Assembly: GCF_964355755.1 (NCBI RefSeq)
Contig: NC_092677.1
Span: 16,700,101-16,764,100, forward strand
DNA from: Antedon mediterranea
Taxonomy: Eukaryota > Animalia > Echinodermata
Direction: 5' to 3'
Length of the DNA stretch: 64,000 bases
Shown one piece after another: positions 13,701 to 26,358 of the stretch; positions within the stretch are counted from its first letter, which is position 1, and each line of letters begins with the position of its first letter. A model generated the notes under the pieces. That model searched no databases. It was not told the origin of the DNA and saw only the letters and a list, made by a program, of their open reading frames with translations. Both the position numbers and the translations under genes were made by a program.

Positions 13701-15200
13701 TGATTAGTATCCTGTACTATTAAATATTACTTTAATACTTAATTAAGTTGGATAAAATAACATAATAACAAATTACATAGAAAATTGACTTAGTGTATTA
13801 TAATGTATGATTTTAATTAGATACTTATTTATTTTTTCAAAGGTATTGATAGTCAGCACTTAACACATCCACAGCTACCCAGTAGGCCTACAATGCCCGG
13901 TGAAGCTTACATAGAGGAAATATGTACTACTTTGAGAAGTTGCAATTACATAAAGCCTTTATATGGAAGTGTACTTGCAGATATCGATATCATAATGTCA
14001 TTTGAAGTAGATGACCAATCTGAATTATTAACTAGCTGGATTGATAGTGAATCAGAAAGAAGACCAGCAGAGGATATTGGAAGAATGATTGCTCATTGTG
14101 TACTTGTTTCTGGAAATGAAAGTAACTTTTTATCACAAGTTGTTGAATTATGTACAAATGATGTGGTAAAGAGTCTATCTAATGAATTAAATAAGTTTAA
14201 TTTAAAATATACTATTCAAAGTTTTACACATCTATTTGATGAAAGTATTACCGCATTATTTTTAATTAATCTGTTAAGTAATTCACCAAGACTTCATAAG
14301 CTTTGTATAAGATTTGGTTTATCGAGTGATACCTTGATGAGTACTGTTGATACTCTATCACTAGAAAACGTTGTATTAGAGTTAAGTGATCTTGATATCG
14401 GAGAAAATAATCTTGGTACCATCAAAGGTACCACACTTTCCATGTTACTGTCTATTTCACCAAAACTAAGAATACTAAACATTTCTTCCTGCAGTTTATC
14501 AGGTGCTATAGCGGATTGCATGATCAGTGATTGTGTTAGTAGGAAACTAGTGTTGGCATTAGAACATCTTGAAATCAGAAATAATAATTTCCGCAATATC
14601 AAAGGTACCTCACTAGCAATGTTGCTGTTTATTTCTCCTAAACTGAGATTTATTTCCATTTCTAATTGTAGTTTATCGAGTACTATTGTTGATTGTATGG
14701 TCAGCGAGTGTGTTAGAAGGCAACTAGTGTTGAAATTAGATCATCTTAATATCGGCGACAACAATTTGAGTGATATCAATGGTACCTCAATTGCTATGTT
14801 ACTGTCCATTGCCCCTAAACTGAAAGTCCTTAACATTTCCTTTTGCAGTTTATCAGGTCCTATTGTTGATTCTATGGCTAGTGAGTGTGTTAGTAGAAAG
14901 CTAGTGTTGGAATTAGATCATCTTGACATCAGCCACAATAATCTGGGTGATATCAAGGGTACCTCTCTAGCCATGCTGCTGTCTATTTGCCCTAAACTGA
15001 GATCATTTTCAATCTCTGATTGCAGTTTATCGGGTGTTATTTTGGATTGTGTAATTAGTGAGTGTGTTAGCAAGGAACTAGTGTTGGAATTGGATAACAT
15101 TAACTTGAGAGGCAATAATCTAAATGATATCAAAGATAATGCACTTGATACATTACGCTCTATTTCCCCTAAATTGAGGATAATTTACTTGAGATATTAA
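10717..15200 (+). CDS. Tandem DED-like + TRADD-N-like + RI-type LRR protein (~834 aa), NLR-related but without NACHT
   Basis: Exons 10717-10729, 11038-11577, 11961-12449, 13134-13238, 13843-15200, all GT-AG and phase 1, join into one open frame of 2505 nt. DED-like: MDLMNQLTDSGHLHPKDLTLLYE, WDLILHLQHKNII. TRADD-N-like: KEGSIVFHL...ALINLWKMDQSGTL. 59-aa LRR doublets. Confidence 0.8.
12640..12992. mobile_element. Probable non-autonomous Helitron/Helentron-like intronic repeat
   Basis: GC-richer island ending in ctag-actcgggtaccccgagt-aaaa hairpin; related actcgggg near its start. Confidence 0.35.
14375..15180 (+). repeat. ~4.5 tandem 177 bp (59 aa) LRR doublet units within the last exon
   Basis: LELxxLDIxxNNLxxIKGTSLAMLLSIxPKLRxxxISxCSLSGxIxDxMxSECVSRxLV repeated. 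Confidence 0.95.
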
Positions 15201-16942
15201 TTTAAATGGAGATTAGAGTTTAATAATGACAATTGACTGGTATGAAAAGTTTTTAACATATCTATTAATATTACGTGATTAAACTGCACCTCCCCATAGA
15301 ATATTTTTATGTTTGGAGGAAAACTCAATTTTTGTTTCATACTTCATAATCATTTTGATACAGACTATTCTTGAAAATTCTACAAAATAATGCATGTTTG
15401 ATTTATATCAAAAAGATTTCTGTTCCATTTAACGAGAAGAATAACAAATATTTTCTCCATTTAGCATTCATGCTTTATAACACACCTATTAATTAGCACC
15501 CTAAAGTAAACTTTTATTTGATTAATTATTAATTTCGGTTTTGGTTTAAATTAAAAATGACTGAATCTTGCAAAAAGGTTGGTGCTCAAATTTTGAATGC
15601 GGAAGAGACCATTAGATATGGCACACTCTACAGTTTGTATAATTTGATGTATTATATTATGATTATAATATTGTTATTAACCTAAACTCCCTTTTTCTAG
15701 TTTTATATTCTTAATTGTCTTATTGCCTACTTTCAATTGCTTTATCATGTTTCTTTTGTTGAAACTGAAATTTTGTTAGCTTTTACTATACTTTTAACAG
15801 TTTACTATTTATTTATCTATTTGCATATGAAAATATCTAAAGGAAAACTGTTAGTAGACAGTAATTGTGGGTTTTTACTTCTTTATGGTTTGATTGGTTT
15901 GATTTTGGAATAATTGAATTATGTGTATGTTCTGACGAGTTATGGGAGTTCCGTGTATATTTTTTTGTTAAAAGCAAACTTTGATGTTATTATTATTATG
16001 GCCAACAATAAAATAAGAATGTCACCGTAAACACAAACATTATGAATGTGGATCAAGTTCGTATTTATGGTATTATCACCTTCAACATAATTGCTAAAAA
16101 TGTCTAGACCTCGTTTTTTAGCCCCGTGATCAGGACTGCTATTTTCGTTTTATCGCTCTTGCCATTTGAAGCGGTGGCTATCATGAATAAATCGAAGCGC
16201 TGCTTCCATCAAAACGTTTGGCCCGTCAACATCAAAACTTTCAGGGGTTTTAAACCTGAACAATAAAATGCAACACTATGAAAAATGTATTATATTGCAA
16301 TTATTAGTTGCGAAAGAAAATGACACGTCCAACTAATTTAGATATCAAGATGAAGAGTCACTTTATTCATGAAGTATTCTGGAAACTAATAACTATGATG
16401 TCATACAAAAATAAAAATACTTTTTAAACAGTCGATATTTGCCAATTTTTTTAGGAAAATAAATCTGTGTATCGACTCTTTAAAAAAAGTATCAAGGTAC
16501 TACTGTATATTTAATTTTTTTTTTAATTGCTAAATTTCGACCTATTTATTTTTTGATAAAATGAAATGAGCAGAAATCATACAATGTGGTCTGCGCATGT
16601 TACCTCAAACATTTTTTTAAACAGACAATGTTTGTCCATTTAAAAAAAAAATCCCTGTATCGTACTATAAAACAGGAACATTTTTTGAAATAATATGTGG
16701 TCTACGCATATTACCTCATCACTTTTTTTTAAACAGACGATGACAAATAAAATCTCTGTACTATTATTATTACCTGTATTATAAATTAATCAATGACTTA
16801 ATTTGCAATATGAAAAGTTAATAGTTAAGTCTAAACAATAATTGGTGGGTGCAAATTAATAACAACATTTCAATATACAAAATAAACAAAGACATAAAAT
16901 ATCACAACAAATATGAAACATTTCTTCTGGTTTCGATTCGTA

Positions 16943-17042
16943 TAATGATATAAGTAGTTCTTTGATAGTAAACCAATAAAACTTACGTTGGCAAGACAGT
17001 TTCGTCTATTGGTTTACTATCAAAGAACTACTTATATCATTA
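16943..17042. repeat. Perfect 36 bp inverted repeat with 28 nt loop
   Basis: taatgatataagtagttctttgatagtaaaccaata (16943-16978) and its exact reverse complement (17007-17042). Confidence 0.95.
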
Positions 17043-18339
17043 CAACTAATATGATTATATCAGAAAATCAAATGACTTGTTTTCCACTACGAAATTTATT
17101 CGCGCAAATTGAAAGTGTTAACTAATTGCAATGTGATTGCGTATTATGATTGTCATCTACTTTTTGTGACGTGAAAAAAATGCGCAACCAGCCAGAACTC
17201 AACAATATTCGATTTGCGCGAATATATATCATATTGCATCGTTATAATAATTTAATTTAATTTAGTTAGTTATTTAGTTTAGTCATTATACAAAGCAGAT
17301 AATAAATAAAGCCATTTTTATCAAAATGAACACAATTAAACAGAACATAAAAAAGACCATGTTGGTGGAGACAGGGACTACAGGAACTGAATTTTACTGA
17401 ATTATTTAGAGAATCAATGTAAGTTACAATTGTTTATAGTTCTTGACATGTTTCAGGCGTCAACTAGTTTATTACAAAGTTATGTTCACATCACATGTTC
17501 TCGGAAAGTTGCACAGTCTAGGTTCTGCCCATACGATGGTTTCTTGTCAATTATCAAGATAACAGGGATAGTGTAGAAAAAACGAACAAATGTACCATAT
17601 TATACGGCTGTTTAAGGTGGTCTCTTAAAACTGGTTGTCGTATTTTGTACAAAATGTTAAAAGAATGTTGGCTGCTCCTCACCATTCAACTCATAAACAT
17701 TCATTATTTGTATACTACTGTATTTAATAGCCAATATTTTGTAGTTTGTCAGTTTAATCATTTTTCCTTCAGAGGTAAAGTTTCAAAAAGTGTAAATTCT
17801 CAAGTATTTTGCTATTGTTTTTCTTCTTTCTACAGTTACTGAACTCAATACTTAAAACCAGTTAGAGGAAAAATGGCAAAATCAGCACCGTGGTCATGTT
17901 ACAAGAGTGGTCAAAACAATATTGTCGTTTTTATTTTATTCATGTGTTTTTTATCAAAATAAATAAAGATTGAATTGATTGAAATGAATTGATTGTTCTT
18001 ACTGCTTTGTAACTTATATATATACTATACTATGTAACAATTGATAGGATATAAACAAATCAAAATATGTTGCATAATTGCAAAGACAAGACAATTTTGA
18101 AACGATTTCCAACTGTCTGTATACTATTAACTAACAACTAACTTCATACCAGCAAATAATACATTTCAGACATCCTGCTGTGCTCGTTATGATGACGAAG
18201 ATACACCTCAAGCAAAAATTTCAAAAGGAAATGTGACGAAACGTGAACCTTGAAAATTTGACGGACAATGAAAACATCTTTTTCAAAAACATTTGACTGA
18301 AGAAATGATAGAGGAGAGTCCAACGACATCTTCCCAGGC

Positions 18340-20151
18340 TGAATACTCCCATTTTAAGAACTTCAAGCAAGGGTATGTCAAACCATTCATGTATTGAAAA
18401 TCATTTTTCTTTGTTTCTCAATCATAATCAATCTAGCCAAATCTATCAATATTACAAAGAGTGGGCAACAGACTTATGTGTTAGTTGGCTTTCATTCTAT
18501 TAATTCTATTCATGCCACTTTTATTAATTTCTTTTGGGTCTGAAAGAACTGAAATCAAGGAAGAATTCATGGCAGAACTTAAAGACATAAAACGTGGAGT
18601 ACAACACATCTATAATCACAGAGAAGGGAGTCAACGAACCTGATCTTACTGAACTAGATGAACTGCCTGTTGATTTACCTATAGTATCTTTGGAGGCATT
18701 GTTAGAGCTATAGGCATTACTGGACAAACCACCATGTAAACAAATGGTAAGTGTATTCTGTGAAGAACAGTACTTTGTTGTGGCCACTGATAATCAGTAT
18801 TGCCTTTATACTGCATAAAATGCATCATTAATATGTTGTAATGCTACTGTGTTTTATACAATTGATGAGTACTTTTATTTTAAATTAGATAGGCGTGCTA
18901 TGGTAAGCATCACCATTGCTTTAACACAGAATATGACCACGTCACACTGAAGATTGTATTAATTATCATAGAGTTCATGTGTTGCATATTGTACAATCAA
19001 TCAAAAGAATCTTCAATGTCTTATTTTACATTAAACATATTTTCAGATCGTAAAACTAGCGCTCATTGGTGGAAAAGATTGCAATTCGACAACCAAATGC
19101 ATTGGACTGTCTTCTCAAGCCAGCTGTGGCAAGACAGTTTAATTGGACTGGGGCAAAGGAAAAGAAGGAGCTTCGAAAACTAAATTTAATGAAAGTGATA
19201 ATAGGAGGTTTAGAGAAGAGCATTAAATTGGTACTCTTTTACGCCAACATTATATTGCAACAATTTCATCAGAAAAATCCTTTTGCAGGTTACAGCTAGT
19301 AACTATAGGACACAATAAATATTCACAAATAAATATTTATATACTGGGTCAAAAAACAATGTGGTCAAGTAAAATATTTTATTAGACAATTTGATTTGCC
19401 CTATTTTTTACAGGAGCAATTCGAAAAAATCCTAAATTAAATGATTCCACAAATGAGGATGTAATTGAGGCAGTAAAGACATATCTGTACAATTCTAGAG
19501 AAAAGGAGGTGGCAGAAAAGACAGACAGTCAAAGCAAATTGTTGTCTTTGACCTAAGTGACATTGTAGACTAATTGTGTTTGTATTTACATACACTAATG
19601 TACTTTCATTTCATATGTTCGATTTGTATATTTAAACAAGAGTCATTGTGTGGGATACAGCCATTTACCTACAGAAAAAGCATACACGATGACTATGGCA
19701 CAACTGGAAGAAAGATCTGAGAATACTGTACATCATACAGAAAGCAATAGACTGGCCAAAAATAAAGGCAGGAGATGCTGAATTATGTGATAATATTATA
19801 TATTCAATGTAATTAATACAACTCTTTAGATTGCTGGTTAAATACTAAAAGTAAAGTGGTACAATTCTTGAAAGTACAAAACATAACATGAACATAATGA
19901 CGATGACGTCATTTCTTATCAAAAGCATTCACATTACTTCGCTCGCATCACGTCAATATGCACAAACTGTTATCGTTATAGTTGAAGATTGAAGAATAAT
20001 TATAATTGTTTGTTAATTGAACGTTTTTGTGATTGATTCTGTTAATGGCACCCTTTGCTGATTCCTAATACTTACAGGACCCATTATGGTTCTTGGGTGC
20101 AACAACAACAGAATCACAATATTTTATTTAGGAATATGGCCCCCATATGGG
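18340..20151 (+). pseudogene. DUF4806 (BEN-like) spliced gene remnant, probably from an EnSpm/CACTA-like element; first, partial unit of the 3.4 kb array
   Basis: Exon remnants LDELPVDLPI, IVKLALIGGKD, LLKPAVARQFNWTGAKEKKELRKLNLMKVIIG, AIRKNPKLNDSTNEDVIEAVKTYLYNSRE..GGRK; stops and frameshifts; followed by cccatatggg subterminal-type motif. Confidence 0.7.
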
Positions 20152-20704
20152 GACTCAAAAGACAAGCTGAAATTATATTTTAATTAGATCGAGACAAGCA
20201 GAAATTTTATCAAATTATTACCATTGGATGAAGACAAAGAAGATAATCGAGGAAGACACAAAAGACAAGCTGAAATTATATTTGAATGAGATCGAGACAA
20301 GCAGAAATTTTATCAAATTATAACCATTGGATAAAGACAAAGAAGATAATCGAGGAAGACCCAAGAAGAATCAAAACAGAAGCAAGCGGACAAGAACTGT
20401 TTCGTTTGGACACTTTCAACTTCACGCCGTTTTTTTTTTCGATCGTTTTTTTTAACATTTACTTTTTGACCATTTTGAACATTGATGAACACCTTTCGCA
20501 TTTTTTGAATTCGTTGTTTGAACATTTATACATTTTTGAACACTTTTTGCTTTCCTTTAATTCATTTTTAATTGGATCCGAAGCATTTGGGGTAAGTCGA
20601 AACCATTTTGATTTTTGATTTGTAACCTTGATTGAAAAAGTGAGAGTTTACATATATATACACTAAATTGTTTTTGATATTTTGATTAATTAATATTATA
20701 AAGT

Positions 20705-21658
20705 ATGGTCGACGTTGTTGATAACGAAGTAATTTTAAATGAGCCCGTCAATCCACACCCCGTGCCCCACCTAAGACAAACCGATTTCCTTCCCAAAAGA
20801 TATGACGGTTCCATAACCGATCACGACCAATGTAGTGCACATTACTTATCGTTTACCGACTACCTTGAGGCCCACACTTTAGAAAACCCTGTAAACAATG
20901 CCCAATTAATTAATGTAATAAGTATTTTCAAACGTAGCCTTCAGGGCCAAGCTAGACTCTGGATTGAGAGAAAGCAGTTCGATTCACTAGAATCCTTAAA
21001 AACCCAATTCATCAACAGGTTTAGTAAAAACAAATCAATCTATGCGCACATAAGAGAATACGATTCAATTACATACACCACTGGCGACAACGCCGAAAAG
21101 CACTTAACCAAAATCAAACAAGCCGCAGACAGAATTGGATACGCTGACCAGCAGATAAAGAATAAATTTATTTCGACCCTTCCACCAAAATGTAGAGCAG
21201 CTGTAGCCATGTCCACCCCAATCGATGCCACTATTGACAATATCGTAAATAGCACACAAAATTACCTTGACCTTTCCGTAGATGATGCCACACGGGAAGT
21301 TTCATTCAACATCAATAAGGAAACAGATAATAGTCTCGAATCGCTCCAACATGAGATAAATTCTCTTAAGTTAGATATAGCCACAACAAAACGATCCCTT
21401 AATGATGATACTCGACGCTCACGTTCCCCCACCCGAAATTATATCCCAAGACGAAACCGAAGCCCAAGCCCCTACAAACCCCGATTCCAGACCCCATCGA
21501 CCCCAAGATATAGACAACCTCCCCCAACCTGTTATTACTGCGGGAAACCAGGCCACATAGCAAGGCACTGCCGACAACAAAACCGTTCTTACGGAAATTA
21601 TCCCCCGCCATACCCATATTCAAACAATTACTACCCTAGCCACCAGCAGGATTTTTAA
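20705..21658 (+). CDS. gag: Gypsy Gag (317 aa) with CCHC zinc knuckle
   Basis: Intact ORF; SLQGQARLW capsid-like motif; CYYCGKPGHIARHC. Confidence 0.93.
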   Translation: MVDVVDNEVILNEPVNPHPVPHLRQTDFLPKRYDGSITDHDQCSAHYLSFTDYLEAHTLENPVNNAQLINVISIFKRSLQGQARLWIERKQFDSLESLKTQFINRFSKNKSIYAHIREYDSITYTTGDNAEKHLTKIKQAADRIGYADQQIKNKFISTLPPKCRAAVAMSTPIDATIDNIVNSTQNYLDLSVDDATREVSFNINKETDNSLESLQHEINSLKLDIATTKRSLNDDTRRSRSPTRNYIPRRNRSPSPYKPRFQTPSTPRYRQPPPTCYYCGKPGHIARHCRQQNRSYGNYPPPYPYSNNYYPSHQQDF

Positions 21659-21694
21659 AAAGGGGACTAGATGCCGCCTATAATCTGGCCCCCC
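21649..21694 (+). promoter_or_regulatory. Putative -1 ribosomal frameshift signal between gag and pol
   Basis: G GAT TTT heptamer just before the gag TAA, 6 nt spacer, stem ggggactagat/atctggccccc; pol lies in the -1 frame. Confidence 0.7.
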
Positions 21695-24600
21695 ATACTA
21701 AATACGACAATTTTAAGGCAAAATACTTAGGGAATTAAGATAATATTGATTTGTTACTTAACGACAGAAATTACGTTAAAGGAAATTTACCAGATGGTAG
21801 AAATGTTTTAACTTTATTTGACAGTGGTTCAACTAGAACTATAATCTCACAATCGTACGTTAATTCCTCACTTTATTTATCGCGTCAAAAACCAATTAAA
21901 GTGAACACAACTAAATTTAGATTAGGTAACGGTGACTTCTTATATTCCAACCACTTAGTGCAATTCGAATTATTTATCCAAGGACACAAATTTAAAATTT
22001 CAGCATTAATCGTAAAAAATTTGACAGGTATTGACCTGATACTTGGAACCGAAACATTGTCTGAACTCGACGGTACTTTAAATTTTAAGGAAAACACCTT
22101 TCGCATTAGACCAAAGATTTTTAGCTTTCGTCCTGTCCACAAGATTTTTCTTAAACCCGGTGATACTAAAACAGTTAAATTAAAAGGAAGGGTTCCCGCC
22201 TTTGTACGCAATTTTGATGTTGTTCTACATACAACTACCCATATTTCAAAACTTTGTCCATCAGATATGTTAGTAAAATTACATAGAGGAGAAACCAACA
22301 TTGATATCACTAACAACACAAACAGAAACGTATCTCTAAATACACATCAACCTATCGCGAGCCTTCACTTAACCAACCTTGTAACAGTTACTAACGACCT
22401 ACCAATAGATAGAATAAAGTTGACCAATGACAACGCAAACAAGTACCCACATTTAGAACGTACAGACCCATTGCTATCTTTAACCGAGGAAGAAATAATC
22501 AGAAAACAAGTTGATTTAACAGACAGCGTTTTAACACATAGAGAAAAAGAAGATTTGTATAAAACCTTACAACAAAACAGAAACGCATTTTCACTTTATG
22601 GTGAACTATCTAGCTGCCCAAACTTCAAAGCTGACATACACCTCTCTAACGATGAACCATTTTTTATTCGACCATACTTCGCGACAGACAAAGACAAACA
22701 TGTTATTGAGGCTGAATTGAACAAATTAGTCAAATTAGGAATCTTAGCAGTAGGACACCAATCGTATACTTCCCCTGTCCTTCTTGTTTCAAAGAAAAAT
22801 TCAAAAGATAAAAGAGTTGTCACAGACTTCCGCTATCTCAATTCCAGGATAAAACGTATTAATCACCCATTCCCATTATTGGCCGAAACTTTGAAAACAA
22901 TAGGTAACGCTAATGCACAGATTCTTAGCGTAATTGATTTGAAATCAGCGTTCCACTGTGTACCATTAGCCGAACATGCCCAACAATACACAGGTATAGC
23001 TTCATATCATGGTGGAAAGCATTATTATTATAAGAGATTAGCACAAGGATTAAACGTTTCGCCAGGTATATTTCAAGCAAAGATTGACGAAATTTTAAAT
23101 GAAATCCCAAATTCTAGAGAATTCTGTATCGCCCATCATGATGATATTATTTTATTTAGCCAAGACAAATTTGCTCATAAGCAGCACCTCGTTTCCGTTT
23201 TACAAGCCCTACAATTAAATGGTTTTAGAATTTGCCCAAAGAAATGTAAGTTATTCAAGAATAAAGTGCAATATATGGGACACACCATCCTGATTAATTC
23301 TTCAGGACACGCATGTATCACACCATTAGGCGACAGGTGTGCAGCTATCCGAAATTTGCCAGTCCCACGAACCCATAAAGAAACTAAACGATTTATTGGT
23401 GCAGTAAATTATGTATCCCATTTTTTCCCTCAAATACAATCAATTTTACGTCCGTTACATACACTCGCAAGTAAACGCCGAAAATTTGTTTGGTCTACTT
23501 AACACCAGAAAGCATTTGACGAAATTAAACAATTAATGGTTAAACCACCAACTCTTCAAATGCCTAGAAAAGAAGGTAGATTTACGCTATATAGCGACAC
23601 TTCCAGAACCGCAACAGGTTCATATTTAACACAAACAGTAAACGGTAAAGAACACATAATAGGTTATTATTCCAAAATCTTACCACAAGCCTGTCAACGA
23701 TATAGCGTCACAGAATTAGAGTTATTTGGACTTTACATTAACGTTTCAGCATTTCGACATTTACTAAAGGGTTGCGAATTTGATGCATTCGTAGACCACT
23801 CAGCAATTGTACAAATTTGGAATTCAAAAGATCAGCCATCCCCGTTTACAGAAACTAATATTACGATTGTCCGGATACATTTTCCAAATTGGTTATAAGA
23901 AAGGAACTGAATTAGTTTTAGCAGATTTTCTCTCCCGAGCCCCTTGTGATGACGATTCCGAAATCGATCAAGTTGTACCCATTGCATTTAATATTACAGA
24001 GACTGAATCTATTAACCCGATTACAAACACATCTACTAGCAGACCAGTAACAAGGTCCTACGCCAAGAAAATGGGAATAAATATACCTGACCTACATAAA
24101 CCCAAACCAGTACAAACGCCCGTCATTAATCAAAATCCAGTGACAACAAACACGCGACCTACACCTCAACCTACCGCTACACCACAGATAATCATGAGAC
24201 AACAAACAAACGCACATCGATCACCGCCTATCATAACGCCACCTATCGTAACACCACCCCCAATACGTAATGTAAACATTCGACAACCTCCAGAGGAACG
24301 ACTAGTAGACAAAAATAAGCTAAGCAAAGATACTACACATCGAAATGTACCAGTTGAATTGTATACATCGCCCAAACCACTAGTACCCAACATAACTGAA
24401 TTTAAGTCAGCACACATCCCAAAACAACAAGACCTAGATAGATTAATGGATGTTATTCAAAGAAAGATAATTAGAGATTATAACCTCCCAGTAGATGTTA
24501 AACAATTACGTGTTGAACAAGAAACTTCACCATTCTTTAAGCCAGTTTACGATTATTTAGCTCATGATATCCTTCCAGCTGATAAGAAAGCAGCTCGTGC

Positions 24601-26358
24601 AGTTCAGAATAAGTCAGAGCAGTACATATTGTGCAACGGTTTACTATTCCGTTTATTTTTCCAAGATAAAGGTGGAGAATTTGTATTGCAATTAGCTGTT
24701 CCTGAAAACTTAGCAGAGACTGTTATTTCTCAGTATCACGACAATTTGTTAAGTAGCCACCAAGGTACGATGCGTACTTACCTTACTATTAGGAAATTAT
24801 TTTACATGCCCCTTATGTTCGAGAAAGTCAACAATTATACCCAAGCGTGTCTTAGATGTCAACAATTTCGTCCCAAAACCGATAAATTACGTCCTTTACA
24901 CGATCGAGTACCAGCAACTTACCGTCCCTTTCATACACTCAGTCTAGATTTTAAGAGTATGCCAACTTCACCTTCAGGTTTTAAACATATTATGGTAGTA
25001 TGTGATGAGATAACTAGATTTTTGATTTGTGTACCTTTGAAATCCATTGATGCCGAAACAATTTGTGAAGCACTAATTCAAAAGGTAATCAGTATTTTTG
25101 GACCCCCATCTCGTCTTATTTCAGATGCAGCAACCTCCCTTACAGGAAAATTATTAACACTATTATGTAACACCCTTAATATTGATAGGAAAATCATCAG
25201 CGTCCACAATCACGGTAGTTTACAAGTTGAACGTCATATCCGCACCGTATCGGACCTGTTAAAGGTCAACCTTAACCAATTCGGAACAGATTGGGTTAGA
25301 TTTGTATCAACAACATGTTATGCTTATAACTCGTTTTCATCCCCACATCTAGGAAACCACTCCCCTTACGAATTAGTTTTTGGCCGCCAACCTCCAAGTT
25401 TGACCTCATTAGCATTTAACCCTATTTCAGGATTGTCTCATTCCTATGAAGAATACTTTGAACATCTCAAGAAGAAATTTCAAAACATTTCACAGACAAT
25501 GCTACAATTACAGCGAACACAACAAAACGTCCAAAACTCAAAGATTTCCCAACGCTTAGAAAAAAGTCCAATTTACTCAGTAGGACAACTCGTATATTTA
25601 TACAAGCCAACATCATCATCACTAACGGCAAATTCAAAGAAAATCGCCGCAGAATGGGTCGGACCATTAGTGATTCATGAAGTACTAGACAGAACACACT
25701 ACATCCTAGCGACGATTAAAGGAGAAATACTTCGCGACGTATTCAATTATAACAGACTGAAACCCTGTTTTATGAGAACGCCTAAAGAACGCAAAAATTT
25801 TACACATCTACAAAAACTTAAACAATTGTTGAATGAACCCACCGATGATAATAACGAGAAAATCCAAAACACCATTAATGTAGTAAATGACGAAACCAAT
25901 GTCGAATTTGTAGACGAACATGATAGGACACCAGCCCAATTGCAATCAGATACCCTTACACATCCAACTAAGATAGACCCCTTAACTTGCAACCTTACAT
26001 TGACTGTGTAGAGAATAACATGGGATTAGCAGCCCCATTCCAAATGAAAGAAGAACAAATTAAGGAACAAACTAATTTAATTATGACAGCACCTAATGAT
26101 TCAAATATGACATTAAACCGAGGTAGATTTAAAGCAGGACATTTCCAAGTTTTAGTTTCGTATTCTAAACCGACTTCAGCCAAACGCAACACCGATAAAA
26201 CAAAACACGAATCTAATGATCGCAAATTTTGGTGGAATATTGACAGATATAACGATACAGATAAATTGATTAAAGAGATCATTAAAGATAAACAGATACT
26301 GATAAGTGGATCGCCAAAACGATTCATAAAACGTTTGTATAATGCAACAAATTACTGA
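21652..26358 (+). pseudogene. pol: Gypsy Pol (protease, RT, RNase H, integrase, C-terminal extension) with few lesions
   Basis: LFDSGS; IDLKSAFH, LAQGLNVSPGIFQ, HHDD; LYSDTS, ELELFG, VDHSA; H-H-C-C and D-D-E. Stops at 21736 and 23500; frameshifts near 23835 and 25985. Confidence 0.92.

Noticed and set aside
14294-15133. Minus-strand ORFs overlapping the LRR exon (likewise those over gag and pol)
   Set aside because: Antisense shadows of real coding sequence with no motifs of their own
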